Assembly (NCBI GenBank): GCA_964016885.1
Contig: OZ024742.1
Location: 111,476,001 to 111,540,000, forward strand
Length of the DNA stretch: 64,000 bases
Origin: Eledone cirrhosa
Taxonomy: Eukaryota
Direction: 5' to 3'
Position numbers and translations under genes: made by a program. The notes beneath the pieces were generated by a model. The model saw only the letters and a program-made list of their open reading frames with translations, made no database searches and was not told where the DNA came from. Below, piece after piece: positions 13,860-27,600 of this stretch; positions within the stretch are counted from its first letter, which is position 1, and every line of letters starts with the position of its first letter.

Positions 13860-14400
13860 TATATAATGAAGATTCAGTCTATGTTCCTTATGTGTTTCAT
13901 ATCCTGACTTTAGACGACAAAAGTTGCGTCATCCAAAATAGACAATGCGAGAAATGATCTCCGACACCCCATTATCATTAGTTAGTAAAAACACATTCAA
14001 GTGGTTTTGATCTTCTATTAGAAACTTGGTGAAAATTTCAGAAAACGTTGCGTTAATTTTCCATGTTATTTTCTGAATTCTATCCTTTGGGGTTTTGGTC
14101 AAAATTACTTCAGTAATAAAATGCAACACCATTGAATGATTTAAAGGTCATTTGCATAAAATAAAATCAGTTTAAGTTTGAATTACTTCTCTCATTCCCT
14201 GCGATGCTAATAGCATTTTTCTTTCCATTGTTTTTCTTTACATCCCGTTTGTATGTCCATTAATGTTCTGTACCGAAGAATATAATGTAATTCCTATTGA
14301 AGCGGGATTCACACAGGTTTTTGCAATGCTTGTTCTCAAATGTTGACTTCGTGTCATAAGTAATTGGGAAAGCCGTATTTTGTTTAAAGACCGATAAATA
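13860..14400 (-). mobile_element. Highly decayed piggyBac-like transposase remnant
   Basis: Broken peptides KPV..IFFG..LMDI, LHF...KDRIQKI...NATFSEIFT and SKSGY-like occur in the order seen in piggyBac transposases. Confidence 0.35.
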
Positions 14401-14689
14401 TATATGGTTAGTCTATTTTGTCGTTGTTAGAATGGTTCGTTTTCTAAAAAGCTTCTGTCTTCAGAGATTATGGCGAAAGCTGTAGTAGTAGTAAAATGTA
14501 GAAGTAGTTTATTTGTGTCCTTGTTTTACACCTTTATGAATAATACATGGATTCTTTCAAGTCTTCTGTAAATAATTTTAAAAGACACATCCAGCTATTG
14601 AACATTTCAAATATGTATATGTTTAGTTACAATTTACTTTCAAATAGTTTCGGCAAGGCTTGGGAAAATTTATTTTTAATCTATCATAC

Positions 14690-14875
14690 AATAATTGTTT
14701 CTATTTTAGGCAAACGGCCAGCAATTAACCAGTACATTACTGGTACTTTATTTTATCGACCCCGTAAGGATGAAAGGCAAAGTTAACCTCGGCGGGATTT
14801 GAACTCAGATCATAAAAGGACGTAACTCTATGCTTCAAAGCATGATGTCCGACTCTCTAGCGATACTGCCAATAC
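14690..14875 (-). mobile_element. tRNA-derived SINE
   Basis: Reverse complement of the SINE at 11870 (GGTACTTTATTTTATCGACCCCGTAAGGATGAAAGGCAAAGTTAACCTCGG). Confidence 0.85.
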
Positions 14876-16004
14876 AATAATAGCAGTCCCCCAGATTTTC
14901 ATAAACAACAGACTGACATTTACATATATTTGTCGTATCAGTAGCACTGTAAGCAAAGTCTTCAATGGTGTTACGATTTAGAAACATATTTTTATGCTGA
15001 GTAATACAGATGGAATTCTAATATTCCTTATGGATATCGGATAGATATTTTGAGTATATAATCTTCATATATGACACAAGAAGCCAACCTTTTTGAAAGT
15101 GAATTTAGAGCAATAGTTCATAATACTTTAAAGTAATATGCAATTTTGTAAATGTGATGCTTAACAAAATGTGCAGCTGTTACACAATCCAGGCAGTGAA
15201 CTCAATGTTCAAATGTGTTCAATATCTAAATTGGATACATCAGAAACTTACTTATTTTCTATATTCAGTTATTAAAAATAAATAGGAAAATAAATACAAA
15301 AATATAAAATATTAAACTCTTGTTTTCACAACATAACAAAATTACATTGTATTTAATTTCGATAATTTTGCGATGACGGCAAACATAGTAAAGCAATTTA
15401 TAGATCTAGAAATAGCTCTCGTTGTGGGTATTTTACGAAATTGTAGTTTACAATTGAAGGATAATTGGGAAATGCACATAAAGTCTCCGTCAATAACACA
15501 CAACATGATATATATCAATGATATATTGTCATTTAATCTAAAATTAAATTCTATTTAATTCAACGTATATTACGATTGAAAATACATTTCGAAGATGATA
15601 CATATATATATTTATTTATTTATATGCAGTATATAGTATATATAATTAAGTAAGTAGAGAATAATTCAAATTTGCTGATTATTTATTAATACCACCTACA
15701 CGATCTCGATAAATATACTCAGTTATTGGCCGTGCAAATATAAGTAAACAAAATCGGGCAATCTTTCTGAAATATAACTAATCAAATTTAAACTTCTATA
15801 ATATATCTACTTTGAAACACCTACATATATTACCGTAGGCACTTACCGTAGTAGATTGGCGAGACAACTGAAGACATATGTGAGAAGAATATTCACGTTG
15901 ATGCAGTCTCAGTTACACAATCATACAGATTGTGTAACAGAGTATTCTGTTTAGATACATCTGTATTCATACAGATAATAATTTATCATAATGTTCTCTT
16001 AATA

Positions 16005-16075
<71 letters not shown>

Positions 16076-16164
16076 CTCTCTCTATCTCTCTCTCTCTCTC
16101 TCTCTCCCTCTCTCTCTCTCCCTCTCTCCCTCTCACTCTCTCTCTCTCTATATATATATATATA

Positions 16165-16334
16165 CGGAACAGCCTATTCCGTATAACCATGTCCATTACG
16201 AGCTCAGGATCCGCTAAGGTTAAACAATTGTTCTCGGTATGGTGAACTAACTGTTGTGTAACCACTTCTTCCTAACTCGTCCCATTGACTGCGTGCTCTA
16301 CCACTACGAATATTACATTCCAGTGTTCTACCAC

Positions 16335-16335
<1 letters not shown>
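16165..16335 (+). repeat. Short (TA)n-embedded interspersed repeat; partial inverted homologue at 57478-57558
   Basis: TGGTGAACTA...CTACCACTACGAATAT..CCAGTGTTCTAC is shared with the reverse complement of 57478-57558. Confidence 0.55.
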
Positions 16336-16407
<72 letters not shown>

Positions 16408-17187
16408 ATGTGTGTGTGTTTGTATACAAATTAAACATGCATGAAAATGTATTGTCTTGATGTTTAATGTTTCCCTTTTATAGCGGTCATCCCATAGTCA
16501 GATTGATTAGTATAACGAAGCATTTGAGGCCATTCATCAGTAATTCTACTCAGGTAATTAACTGCCAGATGCTTGATTTGACTTGATGACACGTGGACAT
16601 GATCTTTTTTGTTCATCTACATTAGTCTTTCGTCTCAAAGCTGTGTTATAAACCGATAATCTGGTTACGACAAACGTGTGACCAGATCTCCATTCTTATA
16701 TTATGTTTTGGTAATTTGGCAAATATACATATCTTACGACCTCATATAATCTGATATGATAGTGCTCCAAAATTTCAAGTATATTTACCGACAACTTTTA
16801 TAGAAGAATGAATATGTATTGATTTGTTGTTCGTCGCACTTTCATACTTCATTTAAATATATGTATTATTAGGTAAACTAATATATAAATATATATATAT
16901 ATACATAGAAAGAGAGAGAGAGACAGAGAGAGAGAGCGAGAGAGAGAGAGAGAGTGAGTGAGAGAGAGAGAGAGAATCAAACAGTACAGTGCAATGGAAA
17001 TTATATATTAGTTTCACGTTGGATATAATAGGAAAAGCGTCATGACATTTCGGACCACTAGACCTTCATTAGAAGATAGAATAAAAATAAAAAGGGAGAA
17101 ACATAAAAAGAGAATTTAGGAGAAAAAGCAGGTATACGCGCGTATGTGTGCATGTATATATATATAGGAAAATAGTATATATATATA

Positions 17188-17256
17188 TAGGATAAGACCC
17201 CGAAGGCTGAGCTCCGGCCGTTATCGTCCACCTGGTTTCTTACCACAATTCCTTCG

Positions 17257-17258
<2 letters not shown>
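17188..17258 (+). mobile_element. Collapsed copy of the 26089/54423 hairpin-ribozyme family (left-arm remnant fused to tail)
   Basis: ACCCCGAAGGCTGAGCTC..GCCGTT followed by GTCCACCTGGTTTCTTACCACAATTCCTTCGTTATA, between (TA)n tracts. Confidence 0.65.
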
Positions 17259-17348
<90 letters not shown>

Positions 17349-17359
17349 TATATATATAT

Positions 17360-17830
17360 GCTGAGCTATCGTTCACAAATCTGGCGATTCATATATTGTC
17401 ATTCAAGGAAGCAGACGTGAATTTTTCAATTCTTTGAAATATTTTAGCCAAATCCAGGCCATACGGAAATGGAAGTGTCCAGTAAGATGTGTGTCGATGA
17501 AAGAGTGAATATCTTGCAGATAATACAAAATAGTGCTTGCTTTATCACATGTGGTGATATTTTCACGCGCTGACCCAATGCTGTGAATTATCTGCTACGT
17601 AATTGGAAGGACCCAATATAACCAAAGTTCTCACCCGGAATGAACTAACTCCAACAAAAATGGTCTCCCCTGCAACAGTCTAATTTGAATTGTCTCCTTT
17701 CTCAGCAAACTATCTCCATCTGCTGCGCAGAATCCAGTCAGCTCATATACAGTTTCCATCACACCGCAGCCATTAAAAGGTTGAAAGTCCGTCTGGGGAA
17801 ACGCACCTTCTCGAATATTGTTTGCCAATT
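17360..17830 (-). mobile_element. Possible Tc1/mariner transposase remnant
   Basis: Minus-strand GCGVM and ESPDL motifs in Tc1-like order; otherwise very degenerate. Confidence 0.3.
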
Positions 17831-18503
17831 TGTTGCGCAACTAACTTTTCCTTTCACTCTCTCTCTCCCTCTCTCTCACCCCATCGCTCCCTCTCCCCCA
17901 TCACTCTCTCTGTATATTTATAGATTGAATCGGATTTCTTACGTGTCGATTATTTGAGAGTTCTAACAAAGGCAGGTAATTTCGAAAATAGTTATAAATA
18001 GCTATAAATAACCCAAATTATTAGATAGATTGAAGGGAGGTAACTCTTCCTAAACTAAGATCAATTGCTGGGAAAATTTTGCTAAGTTAAATCAAAGAAT
18101 CTAACTTCCTTGGCATACAAATTAGTTAGTAATTCAAAGAAAATGCATATTTCTTTGATATTAGAATTATTTAAACACATATATGCGTAGCTTGTTCGTG
18201 AAAAAATTAAGTACTTTGCTTCACAATAAATAATTGTTTCTACTTTAGGCACAAGACCAGCAATTAGCCAGTGCATTACTGGTAAATATCTGTAGGTTCG
18301 GTTGTATCAAGCTGAGTCTAGATGAGTGCAGATCTATTTTATTGATGCGTCAGATATGATGTGTGGATCTATGCTTTGATTCGAATTACCACGCTCGATC
18401 ATCAATTCTATTTGGAAATACCTTGTTTACCTTGTAGAAACCGGAGGATTTGAAAATATACCGCAAGAAAATCGCTGATATCAACCTTAGTACTGGGTGT
18501 TAA

Positions 18504-18752
18504 AAGATAAAATAAGGTGATGTTAAACATATTAACGAAATGGGAATGAAAAAATAATATTATTTACAAACATGGTTTTTGAAGACAAGCAGTTCAAACA
18601 TTGTTTTTAGGCTTGAAGATGTTCATTCTTAGAAGCAATCTTGCCTAAAAACAATGTTTGAACTGCTTGACTTCAAAAAACAATATTTGTAAATAATATT
18701 ATATTTTCTTTCCCATTTCCTTGACATGTTTAGCATCACCTTATCTTTTCTT
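18504..18752. repeat. Imperfect hairpin, ~110 bp arms, 30 nt loop
   Basis: 18504-18612 is the reverse complement of 18643-18752 (e.g. AAGCAGTTCAAACATTGTTTTTAGGC / GCCTAAAAACAATGTTTGAACTGCTT). Confidence 0.85.
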
Positions 18753-19039
18753 CTATATTTTCTACAAACACAAATTTCTTTTTTTCTCTCCCACTCACAT
18801 AATTTGAAAATGCATAAAATGCATAAAATGCTGAAACCGGTAATAGATAATTATTAAATAAATATATTAATAAATAAATAAATAAATAAATTAATACTTT
18901 GACGGTTCACACAAAGTAAAATAATTTGTTATAAACATTTTCTAAAAATAACGGAAGTATGCATTGGTAAGCCAGTTAATACAGCACATTGATTAAAAAA
19001 ACGAAAAAACAAAACAGTATACATATATACACATGTGCA

Positions 19040-22000
19040 TATGCATATGTAAATACAAGGAGGGATATCAATCTTACAGAGATAGGGCTCTTCTCAATAC
19101 GTGTACAGTACCAGTCAAAAGAATATTTTGCACCTCATGCAGAGAGGGTAAACCAGGAATCATTCGCAAATATTGTTCTGTTCCTTTCTTGATCATTCCC
19201 AGTCCTCCCACAATCACTGGTATTGTAACGGCCTTGATGCGCCACATTTTTTTCAATTTCAATAAGCAGATCTTTTTATTTTCGTAGATTGTCAAATTCT
19301 TTTGCCGTGATATTGTGATCACATGGGATGCTCATATCTATCAATAAAGAGGCGTTGTTATGTTGATCTTTTACAATGATGTCAGGTCTATTTGCTTTTA
19401 TGGTCCTGTCAGTATGTACAGGAAAGTCCCAGAGAATTGTTATTTTTTCTCCTTCAGTTACAGCCTCAGGGTAAATTATTGTACCACTTGTCTTCAGCTT
19501 TGATTTTGTAATGCCGACATATTACCCAAATGTTTATATTTGTATACTACTACATGCAGAGACTAAGTGATACACTGTTTCAACCTCAGCATTGCAGAAT
19601 CGGCACTTTGGGTTTATTCCGTTTCTCATCACATTGACCTACAAGTCAATAAGCTTTGATCTTGTGCAGCTAAGATGAAGCCTTGATTCTCCGCCTTTAG
19701 CTCTGAACTACGTAGCCACTGATGGGTGTGTTGTTGGTAAACATCATATTGTTTGTTACGGGCCACATATTTGCCATGCAGAGGTTTCTGCTCCCAATTT
19801 GATGCTAATTGTCCTTGCCCTTTTGCTTTTGCCAGTGATGTTATGTGTCCAGCAGCATCAGTTGCAACAGTTTCTTTAGTCTGTTCAGCCTGGGTATGAA
19901 GCATTAGATCAGTAGCATATTTTTTGATTTCCCTCAAGATAGAATGAAGCTTCTTACTTCTCTCATGCTTTTCAACAAGTTTCAGCATACAGTCGTTAGT
20001 TGTTTCAATATATTTGGCCAGTCCAATGATAGCGGTCTTGTAAGCAAGTTCAGATTGGATCAGACCACGGACTTTGGTGTCGAATCTTTTGATTTCACTC
20101 ATATTCCAGTTCAACACACCGAAGCTATATTTGACAACTGGAATTGCCAAGGAATTTATGGCTAGCACCTTGTTACGAGCGTTTTGTTCTGATCTCAGAA
20201 CTGCACGCACTCTCCTGTAACATTCTTTCCTTATCCTCTCTTTCATACTTGCATGATGTATGCCAGAGCATTCATTAATCCCTAAGTATTTATAGGTTTG
20301 TTCCTGCTCAAGTTCCTTTATAATTGTTTCAGCATCCAATTCAACCTAGTCTGAGTTGACAAGCTTCCTCTTCTTGAAAGTGGCTTTTGCACACTTGTCA
20401 AGTCCAAACTCCATCCTGATATCATCGCTAAACGTTTTACTGTCCGCAAAAGGCCTTCCAGTTCGTCATTAACTTTGCAATATAGTTTCAAATCATCCAT
20501 ATAAAATAGGTGGCTTATTATTTTGTTGTCAATTCTATAACCGTACCCTGTTCGGATGTAAGGGGTATTAAAGCTATGCAGAAAGGCAAGGGTGAAAGTG
20601 AGTCACCCTGGAATATACCAGAGTTGATGTTTATATTCCTAGGGCACAATACCCTAGTGGAATGAGACAATTGGAGATTTGTTTTCCATAATGACATATT
20701 GTGTTTCAGGAAGTTTGAGATCACAGGTGAGATTTTGAAGATGTCCAGTGATTTCAGAATCCATGAGTGTGGTATGTTGTCAAAGGTTTTTTTATAATCG
20801 ATACATGCAGAACTGAGATTTCTGGCAGTAGTTCTCAAGGATCATACGATTAATCAAACGTTGATCTTTGCAACCATAAGAACATCGTCAGCACCCTTTT
20901 TGTTCAATGGGAAAAGATTGTTCTCCTCCAAAAACACGTATGCTTTTTCCATGAGAATAGAGGTTAATAGTTTATAAGTGGTGGACAAGCAGGTTATGGG
21001 CCAATAGCTTTTTCGATCTTTGGTTTTGTTGTTCTTTGGTAGAAGGTAGGTAATGCCACTTGCTATCCAATCAGGTGTATTTTTTGGATCTTTCATAATT
21101 CCATTAAACAGCTTGACCAATATAGTGTGAGTGCAGAGGAGTGAGGAAAGCCAGAAATTTGGCACCCTGTCTCTACCAGGAGATTTCTATTTATGAGATT
21201 TATTGAGTTTGTCCTTAAGTCCGCTATATAGATGTCCTCCCACGCCTGTTCTTCTAAATTCGTGTAAGATTTTTCCAGGCGACTAATCCAAACTACATTA
21301 GCATTATATGTCTTCTCCAAATCTTACTCCAGAAGTTTTCAACTTCTTCTATGGACTTCAATAATTATTTTTTCTCTTCCCTACTTCTCTATAAAATGTC
21401 TTGGCATTGGATGAGAACAACTTATTTTGCCTCTAGAAGTTGTTTCGCTTCTCGAATCTACGAATTCGTTTGGGCTTTTACTTGGACTTTTTGTTTCAGA
21501 GATTCTTTTGTTGAAACTATTGCTTCTCTAGAAGAGAATCCACATTTTCTCTTTAGCTTTCTTACCTTCTTGGATCTTATATAATTTCCAGCGGTTAACT
21601 CACCCAATAAATATATTTCTCCTCTCATTACGTCAATCTCCTTTTCGATTCTACTCATCCAAATTGGTTTACATCGAAGGTTCGACGTTTTTTGTTTTTT
21701 TGGTGGTAAACAACTTGTTTCAATTACTCTAACAGATACATAAATGATTTCATTTAAACACAGTAAGATCAGGTTCTAGTTCTTCTATGATTTCTTTTGT
21801 CACAGAATTACCAATCATTATTTGTTTTCTATTTTGGATTGAATTTGAGAGTTTCATTTATCATTTATCATTTATACTAGAATGTCTTACTAATGCCAGC
21901 TCATTTAGTATTTTTTGCCTTAATTCCTTCATAATCTCCCTGCGTTCTTCAGCATATGTTTGGTTCTCAATTACTGTTTCTAAGTTTCTCTCCTGGCTAT

Positions 22001-22460
22001 TTTCAGCGGGTTTAGAAGGGCTTCTCATTTCTACAAACCTATTTGTGATTTGGTCAGATGTACGTCTTTCAGTAAAGACTTGTGACTGGTTACTATCTCC
22101 AGGGGATTCTTCAGTTCTTTCATCATTTATATTTATGTCATTCTCCACAGCCTGATTGATAGCAGTTAGTTCACTGCCTCTGAGTCTATTATTTCTGAAG
22201 ATATACCTCCTTACATTTGCCAACTTATTTCCATCCATATCACGTCTGCTAGCTTGATTCCGAGTTTTCCAGATTTTGTAGGAGTTTAAAGTGTATCTGT
22301 GTTGTGTAGGCTTACCTAATGCATAGTAATATGCATATATTACTTCTTTATACTCTTGCCGGGTCCATTTCATCCTTTTGAGGTGGTTTGGGTGGTGAAT
22401 CTGGAGGTCTCGAGTTGGGGCAATCCCCGATCAAGTGACCATCCAAGTCCATTACATTAT
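19040..22460 (-). mobile_element. Near full-length but decayed R4/Dong-clade RLE non-LTR retrotransposon
   Basis: N-terminus KWTRQEYKEVIYAYY; RT motifs ITCLSTTYKLLT, IDYKKTFD, GIFQGDSLSP, MDDLKLY, YKYLG; ILAAQDQSL; C-terminal PVIVGGLG. Many frameshifts. Confidence 0.9.
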
Positions 22461-22828
22461 TTACCTCTCTTCAGCACATCAGAATAAGAAGATATCTTCC
22501 TATACTGATGTGCTGATCAGGGGTAAATATTGTAATGGAGATCGAGTGACGCAACTTCAAGCGATTAGCGACCTCTAGACTCACCTGATCAATGGAACAA
22601 TTGTCAATACCTGAAATAAAACCACTTGTTGTACAGCCAACCATGTTACTCTTCATTCTTTCACTATTATTACTCCAAAAATAACGTGTATAATAGGAAT
22701 TACCACGAACTCGCTGCCTAACTATGGATACATCTTGTTCAGTTAAACAAATCCGTAGATTAAAACTATCCACGCCACAGAGTACTCACATCCTCTAACT
22801 GGATTACCAATAACGATAACTTGTTACC

Positions 22829-23192
<364 letters not shown>

Positions 23193-23419
23193 AAACAATT
23201 CACTCTACATGGCTGAATACAATAATTGCAATCTGAGTTTTTAGAATATTAATAACATTCGATTCGTTTGCAGTTATGCAAACAAGCCTAATTTTTAAAG
23301 CTACTAGCAGAAAAACCGCCCTTCGTACGGTCTTCTGCTGGCGTATGTAGTGTGCATTTATCTATTATACACACATATATATATGTAAATTGAAAAGTAA
23401 ATTGACAATATATTCTTCG

Positions 23420-23800
23420 TTCACTTATATCTGAGAGGGTTGTGGGTGCAGAGTCCTTCTCAAACATTCCTTCCAGCGAGTCTGTCAGAAGCAAACGCAT
23501 CTAGCTGATGCAGCTGGATCCCAAAGCTCATGGATGTTATCCAACTATCTTTCTCAGGGTCTACTTCTGGGTCTCTTGACGGTTGGTTTTGCCTGTAAAA
23601 TGTGTCCAGCCATTCTTTACTGAGACATTCTATCCGCATGCTCATTATATCGGAGTTGTGATCTCTCAATCCGGAGAAGTAGCGGCTCTACCAGGAGTGA
23701 CTCTCTGGTCTCTGAGCTATGCACTTCATCGTGTAACGTTACATCGAAGACCCTTCGGAGGAATCCCCTTTCTGCCGCTTTTATTTGCAATTGTATTCTT
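23420..23800 (-). mobile_element. RTE-clade LINE 3' fragment
   Basis: Minus translation GFLRRVFDVTLHDEVHSSETRESLLVEPLLLRIERSQLRY.EH..RM...ILQAKPTVKRPRSRP is a typical RTE C-terminus. Confidence 0.7.
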
Positions 23801-24117
23801 TTGATTATTCCTCAAGATTCACGATCCTCAGTAAGAGTTGGCAGGAATACCAGGAAGACAGCGAGTTTGGCTTTTACACGCACCCCTTCTTCAGATTGCT
23901 GAATGCTGATGCTGGTGCATTAGTGCATCAGCTTTTGCAATTCCTGCACTAATTCACCATCATGCATTTCATCACTCATGAACACGGCTCCAACATACTT
24001 GAACTTATCTAACTGCTTCAGTAGAACTCCATTCACATTTATATAAATTTGAGGAATTTCTGTCCACGCGTCCATCACACAATGTGTTTGTATGTTTCTG
24101 TGAATGTATGTGAGTAT

Positions 24118-24223
24118 AAAAATGTCTATAACTTAAAAATGTCTATAACTTAAACATGTCTATAACTTAAACATGTCTATAACTTAAAAATGTCTATAAC
24201 TTAAAAATGTCTGTAACTTAAAA
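24118..24223. repeat. 17-bp minisatellite (AATGTCTATAACTTAAA) x ~6
   Basis: Period 17 counted directly. Confidence 0.9.
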
Positions 24224-24299
24224 ACAGTGATACACACACACGCGTCTCTAATTTAAGAAGACCGCGCGTGCACATACACACACTGTCCTATTACCACCC

Positions 24300-25110
24300 A
24301 AGAGCGTTGGTCCGGGCAAACATCCCCTTAATTTTGGAACTGTCTGGGTTGTCCAGAATCGATGGGAAGAGACTTGACGGTCTTACTCTGTGCTCCTGGT
24401 AAAGAGGCAGGTGCCTTACCTGGGACGTCACAGTTAGTGACTCTTTTGCTTCTTCCCACATCCTAGATGCAGCGGCAGCGGCGAGAGCTACAGCATCCGC
24501 AGCTGAACGGGAAAAATCCTAAAATACCGCGTTCTGTCAGCTAACTACATTATGCAGCCTGTGGCGTTCGAGATGTTTGGGGGAGTCGGCTGACAGCGAG
24601 GTACTTATCTTCACTGGCGGCTCGCCAAGCAGAGGTAACTGGTGATGCTCGTGAGGGCTCTTAGTTGTTTCAGAACCTCAATCTCGCCATCACTCCGGGT
24701 AACGCCGCGGGAGTGCTGGCCTGCCTCAAAAATTATTAGAGAGGTTTTCCAATGCTCCTCACTATATTACTACCTTTTGCTCTGGTTTTACCATTCTTTC
24801 GCCTGCATATTGTTCTGTGGTCTAGGATGTGGGTATTACGTGCTTGTGCATTTTTCTCTTCCTTTTTTTCCTTTCCCTTTCGTTTGTATATATTATATTT
24901 GTTAGTGTTTTTGTTCTGTAATCGTTATATTAAATTTTTATATAAATGAGTTTAAAAAAAGAGAGTTAAACTGTGTTGTTAAAAAATATATAAAAAGTTG
25001 TACTTTTACCCTCCCATTTCGAATTCACCGAACGCTATCATGGCTGTATGTGTGTGTTTGTGTAAATGTATATGTGTGAATGTGTGTTTGTGTGAATGTA
25101 TGTATGTGTT
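24300..25110 (+). mobile_element. CRE-like RLE retrotransposon 3' fragment
   Basis: DGKRLDGLTLCSW*RGRCLTWDVTVSD...AAEREK..KY...QPVAFEMFGG is an RLE domain of CRE type. Confidence 0.75.
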
Positions 25111-25137
25111 TGTGTGAAAGTATGAGTATTTGTGTGA

Positions 25138-25440
25138 ATGGGACGTCACAGTTACTGACTGTTGCTTCTTCCCACAATCTGGATGCAGGGGTAAGAGTGA
25201 AAGCTACAGCATATATATTATATTTGTTTGTGTTTTCGTTCTGTAAGCATTATATTCAATTTTCATACAAATGAGTTTAAAAAAAAGAGTTAAACCGTGT
25301 TGTTAATAAATAAATAAAACGTTACACTTGTTTTACCCCCCCAATTCCAATTAACCGAACGTTATCATGGCTGTATGTGTGTGTTTGTGTAAATGTATAT
25401 GTAAATGTGTGTTTGTGTGAATGATTTTGTGTGAATGTAT
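25138..25440 (+). mobile_element. Second, internally deleted tandem copy of the same CRE-like 3' end
   Basis: 25138-25212 matches 24421-24496 and 25212-25440 matches 24885-25110. Confidence 0.75.
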
Positions 25441-25860
25441 GTGTTTTTATCTAAATGTAGGTCCGTGAGGGTGTATTTTTATAAGTTTGTTTTTGCGCGA
25501 TTATAGTTATATACTCATACATATAGATGTATTGATGTGCACAATCATACGCGTCAGCGTGTAGAAAGTAATAATCACTCTATCTGTATCATCACAAACT
25601 CTCTGTTTTTCTATATATGGTAGTTGAAATGTTTGCGGCGGCGATATACCGAAAGTCTAGAAATTTATAAATTTCAAAAAGAAGTAAATTTTTAATTATT
25701 TATAAATACGAAATTTAGTTACGAAATTCAGTACACAAATTATGTAATATTCACTCATAATTTACTCAAAGTAATCGAACTTATTTTACAAACGGGATAA
25801 ACAAATATATTCTGGATGCAGTGCCGCACTCCTTACTTTATTATAGTTTAGATTATTATT

Positions 25861-26070
25861 GGTGGATTTGGCAGTATCGGTAGAGGGCAGACGCCATGTT
25901 TGCAGCATATAGTTACGGCCCTTTCCATTCTGAGGTCAAATACCGCGAGCTTAATTTGCATTTCATCCTTAATGTGTCGTTAATATAAAATAATAGTCAC
26001 GCACTGGGGTCGATTTAATCGACTACCCTTCCCCTAAATTGCTGGCCTTGCGCCTATATAAGAAACCATT
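25861..26070 (+). mobile_element. tRNA-derived SINE (a further 3' SINE fragment lies at 26275-26355)
   Basis: Family head GGTGGATTTGGCAGTATCGGTAGAG; tail GCTGGCCTTGCGCCTATATAAGAAACCATT. Confidence 0.8.
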
Positions 26071-26088
26071 ATATATATATATATATAT

Positions 26089-26272
26089 ATAGGAAAATGT
26101 ATCACCCCTACGGCAAGGCTCAAGCCGTTTCGACGGCTATTTCTGGACTGAAATAGCCGTCGAAACAGCTTGAGCTCTGCCGTAGGGGTCATACATTTTC
26201 CTATTACCCTAAGAATTGATTACTCTGTTGCGTTATGGTCCACCTGGTTCGTTACCACAACTCCTTCATTAT
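26089..26272 (+). mobile_element. (TA)n-anchored hairpin element with duplicated 3' half of a hammerhead motif, plus tail
   Basis: Arms 26089-26143 and 26150-26204; GAAAC(A/G)GC..GCCGTA-GGGG; tail shared with 54538-54614. Confidence 0.75.
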
Positions 26273-26353
26273 ATCATCCTTACGGGGTCGATAAAATAAA
26301 GTACCAGTAATGTACTGGATAATTGCTGGCCTTGTGCCAATAGTAGAAACAAT

Positions 26354-26384
<31 letters not shown>

Positions 26385-26511
26385 TCACACACACACACAC
26401 ACATTTACGCGCAAAGCCAAGCCCCAACCTCACATGTGTTACTCTTTAATATTCGTCACAGCCTATCATTTCCTCCTCATTTCCTTTTCTTTTACTTTTC
26501 TGATACACACA

Positions 26512-26588
<77 letters not shown>

Positions 26589-26974
26589 GTATGTTAGTGT
26601 GTTGTGTGTTCCTAAAATTTTGTCGGTGTGTGTGTGCCCTTTTTTACCATGTTATATAACTATCATATGTGTTAGAAAAGTAGGATACAGCAGCGTATAT
26701 ATTAACCCTCTCACCATTATCCTTTCGTTTTCATTTCTCATTTCTGTTTCTCATTATTGCCATATATTACTCTTTGATATTCCTCACAGTCTATCATTTC
26801 CTCACACGCATGTTGTCATTGTGTAGCTTTCTATCGCAATGTGATTCTTTTCAACTTTTATTTCACACGAACTTCTACTCTCTCAAGTTCTGAACATTTT
26901 TCTTTTTCCATAGTTGTCAAATAAAAAAATAACATCCTATATTGAATGGTATTACATAACTGTAACAATAACAG

Positions 26975-27600
26975 AAATAATAATTCCTGAATTTGCCACT
27001 AAGGCCCACACATAGGGGACAGCACCAACAGAGTCAGGGTGGTTTAAAATAAAATCGAGTAAAATTAAATTAACAAACACAGTTATCAATAACATTACAA
27101 TAACATTCCCAAATAGGGGGAGGGGGACCACTAAGTGGCGGCTCGGGTGCTCCACTGATCCTGAACCACCCGACGCTTCGAGGGAACCCGGGAAGGGCAC
27201 TCCTCTCATTTTCAAATTAACATGCATACAGGTGCATGCTCAGAAAAGGTCCATTCACAGGAGCCATTCCCACTACATTCACCCACCTTTTAACAATCAT
27301 ACTGGGTGGGGGATGAGCAATTCTCTCCCCACCCTCATCTTCCATGTGAAACTTGAAAAAGTTGATGAGGGATTGATCGAAGAGAAAGTGTTGTCTTCAG
27401 TCCTTTCAACCTGGTCCATAAAACAACCACTCTCACTACCGCCACCAGACAGAGTAAAACTGCCCTTCCGACCAAAAGAAAGCGGCGGGCAATCTTCACT
27501 ATGGACTCGGTCTATAGACGGATCTGTCCTACATACAATAACAGCTATTCAACATAACTCTACAAGTCAGTCACGCAGAAGTCTTCCCGGGTTTGGGAAC
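26975..27600 (-). mobile_element. Tx1-like LINE 3' fragment (diverged subfamily)
   Basis: Reverse complement aligns with 39580-40135 (TGGACCAGGTTGAAAGGACT, CCCTCATCAACTTTTTCAAGTTTCAC, GGGTGGTTCAGGAT) and ends in ATTATT on the sense strand. Confidence 0.8.

Noticed and set aside
24118-24223. CRISPR-like short repeat array (also 45730-46290)
   Set aside because: Contiguous tandem units with no unique spacers and no cas genes, in a eukaryotic context.
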